A stretch of DNA of 64,000 nt from Somniosus microcephalus (lineage: Eukaryota): the NCBI GenBank assembly GCA_052327205.1, contig CM126209.1, forward strand, positions 144,150,001 to 144,214,000. Reading direction: 5' to 3'. Below the pieces are notes generated by a model, which was not told the DNA's origin, did no database searches, and saw only the letters and a program-made list of their open reading frames with translations. The position numbers and the translations under genes are program-made. The first letter of the stretch is position 1. The number at the start of each line of letters is the position of its first letter. This document shows positions 1 to 11,967 of the stretch, in pieces.

Positions 1-110
1 GGTGCAAATTAGGATACAGGTAAATGGAGTTGAGGTACAGATCAGCCATGATCTAACTGAATGGCAGAACAGTCTCAAGAGGCTGAATGGCCTACTTCTG
101 TTCCTATCTT
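1..110 (+). mobile_element. 3' tail of a CR1-type LINE (truncated by window start)
   Basis: Ends in gaatggcctacttctgttcctat, the same 3' terminus found on the RT-bearing CR1 copies elsewhere in the window. Confidence 0.7.
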
Positions 111-149
111 CATTGCCTTTGGCCCCCCTGCCACAAACATAGTACCCTT

Positions 150-690
150 GGCACCAATTCCATCCCACTCCATGGCCACTGTCTGATTTTGAATCAGACC
201 TCGCTATGCGATTTGACCCTGAGCTGAGCTTCTGCCCCATATCCTCTCCATTACAAATACTGTCTACTGCCACCTCTGTAACATCGCCTGACTCCGCCCC
301 TGCCTCAGCCCATCAAAAACTCTGCTATCCCGCATTAAGTCCTACTCACCCATCACACTAGTGCTCACTGACCTACATTGGCTCTGGTCCTCCAGCGCCT
401 CAAATATAAAATGCTCACTCTCATATTCAAATCCGTTCATGACCTCACTCTTCCCTATCTCTATAACCTCCTCCAGCTCTAAAACCCACCAAGAGCTCTT
501 CGATTCTCGAACTCTGGCCTCTTGTGCATCCTCCACTCCTTTTCCTCCACCTTGGGCTGCCGCGCCTTCAGTCATCTAGGCTAGCCACGGAATTCCCCTA
601 CTTAACCTCTCCACCTCCCTCTCCTATTTGAAACTCACCTCTTTGATGATTTTTTTAATATATTAAAAGTGCTATATAAATGCACATTAT
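150..690 (+). mobile_element. Degraded L2-type LINE 3' fragment
   Basis: Pyrimidine-rich text with L2-like tail phrases (catcacactagtgctcactgacctacattggctc; aaaactcacctctttga; aaagtgctatataaatgca). Confidence 0.65.
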
Positions 691-1609
691 TACTGTTTTT
701 GTTGTCTCCATTTGTAGCCATCACATCAGCCATAGTGCACTGAAGGAGAAACACCAAAAATATTGAGCTGCAAAAAGAAATTCATACATTACAATCCTGT
801 GTCATGTCATCTTCATTGGGTACATTAGAACAATATAATATTTACACACCTAAAATGTATTTCATGTTCAACAAATGTATTTTTTAGTCAGCTGGTGGAG
901 TGACACACAGAAAACCCATCAACATGTTTAAAAGTCTCAAAATCGAGCTACTGGAAAACCTCACAGGTAGCATTTTTGTTTGTCACATATGAAGTGAGAA
1001 ATTTTTCCTTGCAGTGACACACACCACTTACCTAACTCTAGAGACAGGTGTGCAATACCAAAGCTTAAAGACTCCCCTCTCCAGGTGAGTGCAAAGGTAC
1101 TGCTGAAATTCAAACAGAGTAAGTGTCTCATTGCTCATCAACCGAGTACCATTCTACCGATTAGAACGCTGCTTTTACAGGTTTATCTGGAACCAGATGG
1201 GAAGAATCCCAGCCCCCAGTGACAGCTCTACCCCTCCTGGTTTCATTAGTAAGCTAAGCTGTCTAGTCAACCAACAATGCCCTAAAGCACTATGGTCCTG
1301 CCTGGCTCAGGTATTGCAGTATTGAGTTTGCTACAGAGGATTGACTTGGTTCCACATTGCCAGCATCAGACATTTAATTTTGGAGTTACCTCCAAGATGA
1401 TAAATGTCATTGCATGCATGTCTACCAAAAAGTAGATTACAACCACAATACCAGAGACTATACAATGGCTTGACATACTAAATATTATCCTTTTATGCTT
1501 TTATATAATCCTATTAATCTTTAAAAAATGCAACAAATACCATATTTCATTTCTAGTCTCCACAGTCCCTCTTCCTGAGATAATTATACTTAATTAGTGA
1601 TAATTATAT

Positions 1610-4334
1610 TTAATTAGTGATGAGTAGAGGAATGAGTATTTCCTTGTGGCTAGCCATGGATTTCCTTTTGGATTTGATAGGCTTAGTAGAGTATGCAGGT
1701 CCATACAGTTTGATGTGGTAAGCAAGCTCTGTAGAGGCATGGAAACCCAGGACCTCAATGTAAAAATCATTGAGCTTTCTTTCCAAAAAAGAATCCACAC
1801 TCTCTTAAGTCTGTGCGTGAAAAGTGATTATACCAGCAGAAAACAAATGTTAAGGTGTTTCATGAACTGAAATAATGTTAACGTTACATTTCTAGTGACT
1901 CTTGTGCAGCACATCAACTGAAATACAACATAAACATTCTTGTAATATTTGGAGAGATAGAAATGTTTCCTTGGGGTATGTGCTCTAAGGATAATATCCA
2001 TGAAGTTATCTATATTCACTTGTGTGATTGTACACTGCAAGCAAGCCAACTACTATATACGTTAGTGCATATTAAACCCATGTTCTGGGCAGATCTAAAT
2101 TACTACATAATGGATATTTACTACAAGCAAAATAGCTCCTACATGAGCAAAGATGAAAGAAAGATCACTTAATAATTTCATTATGGGAACAACCTATTTG
2201 CACAACAGTTCGGCTCATGGGCAATAGGGAAATAGAAAACCGAGCGCAGTGAAAGACATAGCTTGCTGATTGATTTCCAATCACTGATGCCATCTAATGA
2301 AATTACGTTATAATGAATCTGTTTATTAAAAAGGTCCAACGAAGTGATATTTATTGCATAAATTTGAATTGATGCCACCAAAGAAATCTTTGTTGAGGGG
2401 AGTGAATCTGCTAAATAAGATACACTATACTTGTTCTTGCACATTTATATATTCCAACTGAAGCACTTAACTTGACATGCCCCAAGTGAAGCAAGTAACT
2501 TTACCATCAACCAAGGAGTCAGATTGTGCTCCGTCCAGCCGGATGGATACTTCAGAACTTTTGCAGAGCTGAAAAGAGAAATTCATGATGTGATAAATTC
2601 CATGATGAGAGTGATGTTAAATCTGTTTAAATAGTAGGAGAGGGTGACACTTTCATGATTATGTAGACATCTACGGCAGCCCTTTTTAAATTGGTGTTCC
2701 TTTCGTTTACTACTCACTCTGGGGGTGGGGAATAAAAGCATTGAAGAACAACTTACATTGTTATTATCCAAAGGAAAAACAACATTTATGAACTTAAGTT
2801 CTCTCTTCTTTATCAATTGTTAATATAAATGAAAGCTATGTTTTTTCCTTAAAAAATCAAGGTATTAATAATAATAACAGAAAATGCTGGAAAAACTCAG
2901 CAGGCCAGGCAACATCCGTGGAGAGAAAATAGAGTCAACGTTTCTGGTGAAAACCCTTTGTCAAGACTAAAGAAGCACAGGAAATGAAATAGATTAAGAG
3001 GCCAGGCTGGGAGAGAACAAAGGAGAAGAGACATTAAGAGATATTCAAAATGAGACGAGATGGTGATAGGATTAGTGGAGACAAAAGACGGCTCTAGATT
3101 AGGTGTGAAATGCGCTGGCAGAATGGGAGACAGCCGCCATGTGGGAGAGAGAAAAAAAAGGGGGGGAGGGGGAAGGCCAAAACAAAGGTGTGGATAAAAA
3201 ATATAAGTAAAAATGTAATAGGGGCCGAGGTTATGATCTGAAATTGTTGAACTCGATATTGAGTCCGGAAGGCTGTAAAGTGCAATATTGGGATAACCAG
3301 TATATGGTATTGTAGAATGGCATTTTTCTATGTTGACTGCCAACATGACCCATCATAAGAGAGCTGCTATAGCATGCTAGAAGATTTAATAAGGAGTTTT
3401 GGAACTGGGAAAGGACTCAAGATCAGCAGAACCTCTGGTAGCCAAGATATTATACAGTGGGAATCCCCATTTAAGATATGAATCAATTATATGCTTTTTA
3501 GAAGTTGCTGCTGAAAGTCACATGTGTGAGGTTGATTGTACCATCATTGGGTGAGTGACGATCTGATGTGGCTCTGAGAAGGTAAAAAAAGAGAAAATGA
3601 AAAAAGGACCGTTGAAAAAACACAATGCTAAGCACACAGATCAATAAAGATGCCAAAACTATTATTAAATTAGAATCTAGATACAAGGATCCTTGGGAGT
3701 TGGGACCCATTGAAAAATGACATAATCTGATAACAGAAGACAAATGAAGTTCTCTCACTGATGGGGTCTAGCCAAACAGTTATATTCAGGACCTTATAAT
3801 GTTTCTACTGCTGGTTTCTTCCAAGATGCCAATAAACACTTACCTGTGGGTAGAAAAATAGCCAATCCTACATCCTCAGTACTGTGTGATGCCTAAAGGA
3901 GTACTGAAATGTTTAATATTATGAGGAACTTCATCTTTTCACATTCATCAAATGCATTCAATTATTTATCAGGAGAAAAATAATTACTGCAGCAATAAGA
4001 TTTAATGTCTTAACATTTCTGATAGGAACGTTGTTGTTACCTTTTCAGTATTTTTGTATAAAGTGTTCTCAGGCACAGATTGGCACCCTGAAGAGTTTGT
4101 ATAACAAGTCCTGGGCGAGATTCTGTGGATATGTATACTCAGGATATAATCATTATAATGGAGCTTCTGGTTTGCCACTACAGAAACTTGGAAAACATTT
4201 TTGCTAAATGATTGCTGTACACTGGCTCACAGGTTCATTATCCATTCACGGCACACAGCTAAAGGAGTTTTTACTTGTAGCAGGACACAAAACAATTTAT
4301 TCCGTTTCAAGCTTCTTGTTTGCTCAAGTCTGCC
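1610..4334 (-). pseudogene. Cluster of four decayed exon-like segments of an unidentified gene
   Basis: Segments are 4334-4041 (AG...AAG|GTAAC), 3892-3844 (TCCTTTAG|49 nt|GTAAGT, ASHSTEDVGLAIFLPT), 2407-2262 (TTTAGCAG|DSLPSTKISLVASIQIYAINITSLDLFNKQIHYNVISLDGISDWKSISK|CTATGT) and 2034-~1610 (TTGCAG|CTITQVNIDNFMDIILR...). Junction phases match (0,1,0). Stops, frameshifts and a CT donor indicate decay. Confidence 0.5.
2872..3290 (-). mobile_element. Penelope-like element fragment
   Basis: Shares acagaaaatgctggaaaaactcagcaggccaggcaacatccgtggagag and tctgaaattgttgaactc...gagtccggaaggctgtaaagtgc with the 48.4-49.0 kb element. Degenerate hammerhead-like motif at ~2932-2970. Confidence 0.65.
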
Positions 4335-5139
4335 CTAAGCAGTTAGGAATAATGAAGAAATTCAGGATTACACTATTTTTAATTGATCATAAATCATTTC
4401 AGTATATAGGTGATAACATCTGAAATGTTATCTCTGAAATTATTGGACATTAGGCAACAGTAACACTAGTTAAATGCTCAAAAGGTACTTAAATAAACAG
4501 GTTTCTAATTTTTACAATCTAAATTTCCCTCTCAATGAAAAAAACTGATTTACTGGACTATAGTATTTTACTGAATTTGATGGTTATGTTCTGACTAAGA
4601 GTGCAGTTACGCACCAACTTGAATGATAGTAAAGTTGAAGTGTAAACATTGAATCAGATTAACCATCTGACTCCCGATGGCACTTAGACCCAGAAAATGC
4701 CTCTTCCCACACCGACAGGTTCCAAACTCATATTTCCTATCACGGGCAGTCTTGATGATGTCACAACACGGAGCATGAAAACTAGCTTCAGAAAGAAGTT
4801 AAAAATAGGTTTTTAAAAAAGTGTATAGTGCGATTTGCTCTCAGTTGACTGTGCAAGGTAGCGAGGTCCCCAACCCTTCCGGATTGACTGGGAACTTCCA
4901 GCAAGCGCAGCCTCCAGCAGCCCAGTGATTTATGTAGCCCCGCTCTGCTGTTGGAGAAGCCCCCGGCTCAGAGACGTCACCCGACCAACACTGCAAAAAG
5001 CTGCTGCCACATGGAGTGCCGCCGGTAGGGGGCTGAACAGTTGGGATACAGGGGAGTTGGGTATTTCGGGGGCACTCTGGAATGGGGGCGGGGGATGGTG
5101 TCTCTGAAATCAGGAGGTCAAGAGGTGGGGGTGGAGGGA

Positions 5140-5265
5140 GAGAGAGAGGGAGACTGGGGAATGGGGTTTGGGAGGCTGTTGATCAGTGGGAGAGAGGGGG
5201 AGACTAGGGAATGGGGTTTGGGAGGCTGTTGATCAGTGGGAGAGAGGGGGAGACTGGGGAATGGG
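5140..5265. repeat. ~50-bp tandem duplication (about 2.4 units)
   Basis: gagactggggaatggggtttgggaggctgttgatcagtgggagagagggg is repeated. Confidence 0.85.
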
Positions 5266-6214
5266 CTGGCCCCAGTGGGGCCCCAGCATTTCCTGCAAAG
5301 CCGGGGGCAACATCAGCATCGTGGTGAGTGGAAGTGTCACCGAGAGAGGAGCAGCCAGTGAAGGGGTGAGTGAATCCTGGAAACCTTACTGTGGGTAAAT
5401 AGTGAAAGATTGTTTCCACTGGTGGGCTAATGGGGAACAAGGGAATGGAAACCAAGGATTCTCACTGGAAGATACAAGGGGGAAGAGGGGAGGAAGGCTC
5501 TTGAACTGAGGGTTATTAGACCATGGGATACTTCACCACATGTGGCTATTGAGGTAGAGATAAATATTTGAAAAGGAGGAATAGAAACTGATCTGGGGGA
5601 ATGGGGTTACAGGAGAGAGCACCAGGGACCGAATGGTCTCCTCCGGTGCTGTAATTTCTATAATTCTATGAAAACACTCCTTTACCAAGTCTGTTCTCAG
5701 GGAACGGTTTAGAATTGTTGGTGCCGAGTTGAATTTAGGACGATGTGCCCTGTGAGAAGTGCTCCAAACACTGAGCCTGCTGCCCTTTGTGCAATCTCTG
5801 GGTTTGGTTCAGTTTGGTCTGTGCTGCACGGTTTTGATGTGTGAAGTCCAAGTACAGATCAGCTCTGACTGAGGTTCCCAGTTCAGAGTTGTCAACTTCA
5901 CACGGAACCGGAGTCCAAACTAGCGTCCAAGGAGATAGGGAGATAGATCGGGCCTGTTAAAAGTGGCATCAACCGGGGGCCTGACTGCACCTCGTACAGT
6001 GCAGGGGGAATCTGGCTATGGTTTCAGGATGAATATCAGCAGGTTATAGGATTCCTATACAATTTACAGTTACATGTACACGATCAGTGAATTATTGCTT
6101 TACTGTTGGTTATGAGGGGAATCTGGGCGTTACCACTATTACTATTAGTTATTGGTGCATTTTCAGTGAGTTACCATAAGCTACTGGTGGAATCAAAGTT
6201 CCTCCCACCTCTGG

Positions 6215-6470
6215 TTTCCCCTCTGCGAGTCGCCCCCCCCGCGACTCGCTCCCCTACCCTCGATTTCCCCTCTGCGAATCGCTCCCCCACTGTCAATTTC
6301 CCCTCTGCGAATCGCTCCCCCGCTGTCAATTTCCCCTCTGCGAATCGCTCCCCCGCTGTCAATTTCCCCTCTGGGAATCGCTCCCCCGCCCTCGGTTTCC
6401 CCTCTGCGAATCGCTCCCCCACTGTCAATTTCCCCTCTGGGAATCGCTCCCCCACTGTCAATTTCCCCTC
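6215..6470. repeat. 33-bp minisatellite (~7-8 units)
   Basis: Unit tttcccctctgcgaatcgctcccccactgtcaa. It accounts for the repetitive ORFs 6106-6570 and 6171-6536. Confidence 0.95.
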
Positions 6471-6726
6471 TTCTCTGCCCTCTGTTCCCCCTCTTGGAAC
6501 TTCAGAGAACAACTGCTGGCGGGAAACCACCAGCAAAAATCCTCATCTACAGGAGACCCAACCTTTATAAGGTAAATGCAATAACATTTCTAGATGTCAC
6601 ATGGTCAGAATGTCACGTGATCAAACCTCCAGGACTGCCTCCAACCAGTGTTGGCAACCCTAAATGTATCAGGTTAAAGAAATTGTCAAAGTATCTCCAA
6701 TTTTCCAGAAACCGTAACAAATCAAC

Positions 6727-7096
6727 CTGAGCCTCTATATACTGGTAAACAGTCGTACGGTAAACTGATGAAAAGAAACACTACAGCACTGCCCAATTTA
6801 GTTTCATTTTTGGCCACCACAGATGGAGCGTATATCATTTTGCTATAGTCGGCTTTTGTGCTTGCTACCATTAAATAAAATCTTTTGACATCCCACACCT
6901 CTGTCACTGCTAAATCTTCAGCTTATGATCGATCTTCTTGTTTTTCTGGCAACTGGCAAGCATTTTGTTGTTATTTATTCTCATGGCGGGCTTCGCATAC
7001 CCGTAGCTGCGGGGAGCTCATATACACTGTGGGCGGGGACTCGGCCTGCCGATAAACATTGCAGTCTTCCCAACACGAAGGATGCAGACACCCAAA
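6727..7096 (-). pseudogene. Candidate decayed exon
   Basis: One minus frame runs ~120 codons with two stops (FFGCLHPSCWEDCNVY...LPYDCLPVYRGS) and ends at CAG|GTTGAT. No clear acceptor seen. Confidence 0.3.
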
Positions 7097-7819
7097 GAAT
7101 CAGAGCAAACGGAATCGGCAAAATGAAATAGTAGAGAGAATACAATCAGTAAAACTAGACGGGGACATTAAAATCTTGGAAAGATTAGTGAGACATTGAA
7201 ACAGAATAAACAAGGTTTACTACAACATTTACAAAATCTAGTGAACATTCAAAAGGAGAAGGAAAGGGGAAAACATGATAATTTTGTATATTAGACATTC
7301 TAGTGACATTATTCCAGTGAAGCTGTATGTTAAATATAAATTAACATTGATATCGTCAGTTTGAATATAAAACATGAAGGTTTTGGTGTAGGAGGTTACT
7401 TAAGAATGTTTTGTGATAGTAATTATTAATAGTTAATCCTTAAACGTTCTGGCGAAGGTTCTCTCCCCCAGACTAACCTTGCGAGCTCTGATGGTACTTC
7501 AAAGATATGGGAAATAATTAAAAATCATTCTTGAACATGCAGAGGTCGTTGTCTGGTGTCATCAATTTTGGCTTAATCTCCATATTTGACAAACTTGTCT
7601 GCTGTGGATATGGCTAGGTTCCTCTAAGGTCAATCTACTATATGATAAAAGCACACTTATATCGTTAGTTATTGATTTCAACCAAAAGCTGGATCTTTTA
7701 CACAGCCAATAACAAGTACATGCAGCACAGTCAAAGATAAAATTAAACCTACAATGGCTGCTGCTGGTTTCACAAGGGTCACACTGGCTGAAGCAGATCC
7801 TTAATAATATTCTTACAAG

Positions 7820-8800
7820 ACTTTGGATTGATTTTAACTTTTTTCACCTGCCTCAAAACTCGGATCGGCAGTGTTACCACCCCATTAACCCGGACGATGC
7901 TGCTTGGGCAATTTTGAAAGGAGCATACCGCCCGGTGCCCAAAGTGCCTGCCAGTTGCAGGTGGTACGCCCATTTCAATATGAAAATCGGGGTCCTAAGA
8001 CCCCCAATTGCCATTCTAGATTGGAAATAGTCAGAGCTTGCTCTGTGCAAGCTCGGATCATTTCCATGGGCGATAGAGCTAAAAAGGCCTGGCCTGGATA
8101 CATTTAATTTAATTTAATGCGGCCTGGAGAGGGAGGGGTGCACCTCCAGGCCCCACAAAAATAATCTGGGCTGCCGCCAACCGGGACCCCCTCCATGATC
8201 GCAAACCCCCTGTACCTACCTTTATGGTGGTCAAGGAAGTCAGATATTGGCCAGCCTTAATCCATCAAGCTGCAAGCAAACGGCCCTTTGGCGTCCCACA
8301 GCTCTCTGCCACAATGTAAGTGAGGCTGGTGCATCAAAATCGTGGCCATCTTTTTGCTTCGATTGAATCAATGGAAAAGAAAATTGGGCAGGGTGTAAAA
8401 CAGGCGGTTGATTCATTATCACCCATTTTAGGCTAACGCCAAAGACCAATTCCGCCACAAGCACCAAGCTCTTTCCTGATGAGAATCTTATTGGGAACCG
8501 GGCAGTATTAAACAAAGTACTGTCCAGCTGGAACTGATTCTATGGCCCGGATTTTGTGGTGGGTATGACGGCGTACTCCGAGAGTACGCTGTCATACTGC
8601 CTTTCACCGCAAATTCAGGATTTCTGCATGCGCTTCATTCCGAACTTGCGATCTGTCGAGGTATGCCTTGACATCAGGGATTGACGAAGAAATCACATAG
8701 CTGGCACAGAGTTGGACTAATTGCCCACCAACTGCCCAGCAATTACATCCGAAAATTTTATGGTTAGAGAAAGCAGGCGCAGGAGCCTGGTTCATGTCTT
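7820..8800. repeat. Degraded GC-rich interspersed repeat(s), probably non-autonomous DNA transposon remnants
   Basis: Abrupt GC/CpG increase with gattttaact...aaaatcggg and ggcccggatttt termini. Related text occurs near 42.16-42.47 kb. Confidence 0.4.
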
Positions 8801-9839
8801 AAAAGAAGGTCTGTGTGTACGGGTGGAGGAAACTTTTTTTGTCGGTCAATTAAGGTTCAAGTGGCTGTGCCTTTCAATTTAAAGCATATATGGTGTGACA
8901 CGCTACAGTACTGACACCCAATCTTCAATACCAGGAAACATGTCAAACTAGAATAAAAAGGTGTTAACTTTTCTAGCTTAACATTCAATATAAATTGGTG
9001 CTTTTTATATGTGCATGAGAGAGAGAAGTACACAAGCACACAAGTAAATATTTAAATAGCCTGGATAAAAACATCTCCTAAAGTCAAAACACACTTCTCG
9101 CAGCACAGTGTTTTCCGTCAGAATGTTTGACTTTGCTCAGACCTTTAAGCAGAAATCAATTCAAGATTTCAAGGATAACTTTTAGTTTTGTTTTAACAGT
9201 GTGTAGCGAGGGGATGTTATCTCTCATGTACTTTACTTTTATAGTAAACGGAGAGCACACGTCCAAATCATACAATCTAACAGTAAAGATTTTTAAAGTT
9301 ATTTTTGCAAGTTTAATGTGTGAACACACTATTTAGCATACTCTATTTTACTATCAGTTAAATTCTGAAAATTAAATCGACTGCTTATGAAAAAATATCC
9401 TTTAGAAACACAGAAGGCCAGATAAAATTATTAATTTTAATTACTCGGGAAGTTGAATAATAAAGTTAAATAAAGTGAACATCCATTAGATTTCAGTGAC
9501 CAATTCTGTCCTTTCAACTTAAAAATGAACATAACAAACAATATAAAGCATCTATAACAAGGAAAATAGATTTATCTATTACCAGTCTACATGAGGTCTG
9601 AATAATATATTTTAATCCTGAAAATTAACATAGAATATATGGCTGGGATTCTCTTTCCGAAGTTCAACAACATTACTTGTTGTTAGACCGTTACGGAGTA
9701 TCAAAACAGGAAGCTGTATACATAGGGACTAATAAATTGAGAGTTTGGATGGAAAAAAAAACCAAAATGCTGATATGAAATAAGTCCAAGTACCAGTTTA
9801 ATTAAGTTTTTAAAATGTAATTTCAATGGAAGAGACAGA

Positions 9840-9970
9840 GAAGTTTCTGTGGGCGTGTCTTCCTTACGCACAGGCTGTACGCTGCGCTCCCAGCCTTCGT
9901 GATGTCATACGCTGCGCACAACTCTGCAGCGCCGAAGAGGAAGTCTCTGTTCTGGGCCGCGCACGAGATA
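9840..9970 (-). promoter_or_regulatory. CpG-rich promoter-like segment with candidate non-coding first exon
   Basis: CpG cluster with a GC-box-like gggcgtg, CRE-like tgatgtca, ETS-like aggaagt, and a minus-strand donor TGC|GTAAGG at ~9868. Confidence 0.45.
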
Positions 9971-10879
9971 AGTATGTATTCTTTTTGTAGGTCGCAACTA
10001 CTGATCTCAGACTGGCAGCAACAGAAAAATGTATCCCAAGAGAACCCAATGACAATCTAACAGAAACCCGTCTAATACAAGCAAAAGGTGTTTTTTTGTT
10101 TTGTATTCTGAATGCAGTTTATCTTTTTAATTATGTGTGAAATATATGTAAATACACGTTTCTTTTGGGGAGGAACTTGGAGACCCTTTTAGAAAGTTGG
10201 TTGCTTAGGCAAATTTTCCAGTCGTCACCCAGTTAGAAATACCATTCCTTAATATTTAAACCTTTTTAACGGATGAGATCAGCAGCAACACGGCTAGTCA
10301 GAACCCTCTTACGTATATCCCTTCTACTTCTGTTACCCCTTTTACTTCCTTCATTTTTTGCTTCACTTTGCATTTGTATTCCTTTTTGTATTGTAGCATT
10401 TCATCCTTCGTGCCTCTTCACCTAGCCCAGGCCATACAATGTATAACTAGTTACTGAAATCAATAGTGACTGAAAATAAGTGCCTTTGGATGAATGGACA
10501 GGCAATTAGGCGAATGGTGCGTTATTTGCCATTGATTTGCGCTGCAGAGGATTGTTGTAATAGTTACACCTTACTAAGAATCTTACTATAAGGTTACAAG
10601 TTATTGTATTGTTGCAACATTCTTATTAATGGGACAGATGTAATAGAAGAATTGATTTTTGTCTGAACTGAAAGTTACAAAAACATCAACTGCATATTAA
10701 CAGCAGTCTATTTTTGGATCAACAGGGTTAAAAGCAAGTACAATTAAACCAGAATAAAAATGGAGACGCCACAGAATTAAAATGATGCAAATGGTTGAAT
10801 TAAAATGGTTGCAGACCAAAAGAGAAGTTTAAAATATATATATTTTTTAAACGCGCTTTTCTTTCCCAACTGCTGATGG

Positions 10880-11275
10880 GCCGTTGATCTGAAGCTCTGC
10901 GTGCTCCAGCCTCCGGTAGCCTCAGAGCCGAGTTGCACTTCACAAGCTGCTGCTGCTGCAGGGATCCCCGGGCCGAGGGCAGCCCCGGCTGCCAGTGTGA
11001 CGAGGCTCCGCTCCTGGCGTGCGCGCTCCCTGCCACTGCTGCACCGCACCGCCGAGTGAAGAACAACAAATACCCACAAGATGGAGTCTAGCGAGGAACA
11101 GAGATTCAAAATGGACAGAAAATACATGGCACAAAAGTTGATCATGTGCATTCAGCGAGTCTGTGATTGCAGCTCAGTGGAGGGCTGGTTCCATCGTCAC
11201 ATTATCGGATATTCAGTTGAGGAGAACTCGCGCTCAGCACAGATCACCCGCAACATCGCTCCCCGCGGGAGATGA
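10880..11275. promoter_or_regulatory. CpG island / 5'UTR-like segment
   Basis: Strongly GC- and CpG-rich unique sequence (10960-11060) in an AT-rich background, with no recognisable repeat or protein. Confidence 0.55.
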
Positions 11276-11967
11276 CACTTTTTGTGTACATTGATTTCAC
11301 TCATAACTGGCGTGATTTTTTTTTAAGTTCCGATACAGCAACCATCCCCATTCCAGTCTCACTGCATGTGGTCGACGTTAAAAGGGGAAGAAGGATTTAT
11401 GTTTACAGCATTAACGTGCTGAAAGGTTTCCATAACCCGTTAATATCGGATTTGTCTTCCAAACAACATTTTAAGCTACCTGCTATATTGCGCATTTTTG
11501 TAAATCACTACATCAGTCTGCACAAAACCTAACTATTTGTTCCCGTGATGCAGTAGAGCAGCATCTATATGCCAGAGAGGTTTTCAGACCGATTTTTAAA
11601 ATCCTAACTCTGGGCTAATGTTCATTTTGGAGCAACACCATTATGTCGATGCCGGGGAAGAAACCTCTAGGTTGCCACTGCTTAAAGAGGAATCGTCATC
11701 TGGCAAATTATTTGCAGGACATTCCGCGTTGTTCAATTGCATATGCGACAATGACAGTCAATCATATCGTATGGATTTGATGGGAAACAAAAAATGCATT
11801 GTGTGTGGTAGATTTGTAATAAATGTGGCTATCAGCTAATAAGATATTTGTAAAAGAATCAAAAATTAAAATTGGAAAACTGATTGCTCTCGTACTGTTT
11901 TGTAAGATTTAAAAAAATTGTGCAATGTAAATAAGAGCATGCAGTGGTGATGATGGTTCTACATGGT

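Larger units (their letters stand above)
4862..6662. mobile_element. Non-autonomous hAT-type (Blackjack-like TIR) element, copy 1
   Basis: Right TIR ttggcaacccta (6651-6662); left end is decayed. Colinear reverse-complement similarity to 11968-13164 in several blocks (both encode PGFTHPFTGCSSLG in spurious ORFs). Confidence 0.65.

Noticed and set aside
1579-1622. 20-bp tandem duplication gataattataYttaattagt
   Set aside because: Ordinary short slippage duplication.
1650-1860. Faint resemblance of the decayed peptide to C2-like or SEA-like folds
   Set aside because: Pattern-level impression only; not enough to assign a family without a profile search.
6106-6570. 154-aa ORF with apparent signal peptide and FPSANRSP repeats (and the antisense 121-aa ORF); array superficially CRISPR-like
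   Set aside because: Produced by a 33-bp minisatellite inside a transposon, with a non-ATG first codon. Units are contiguous with no unique spacers, and there are no cas genes in this vertebrate DNA.
10777-11151. Overlapping ORFs in the CpG island
   Set aside because: Open in several frames because of high GC; no protein-like signal.
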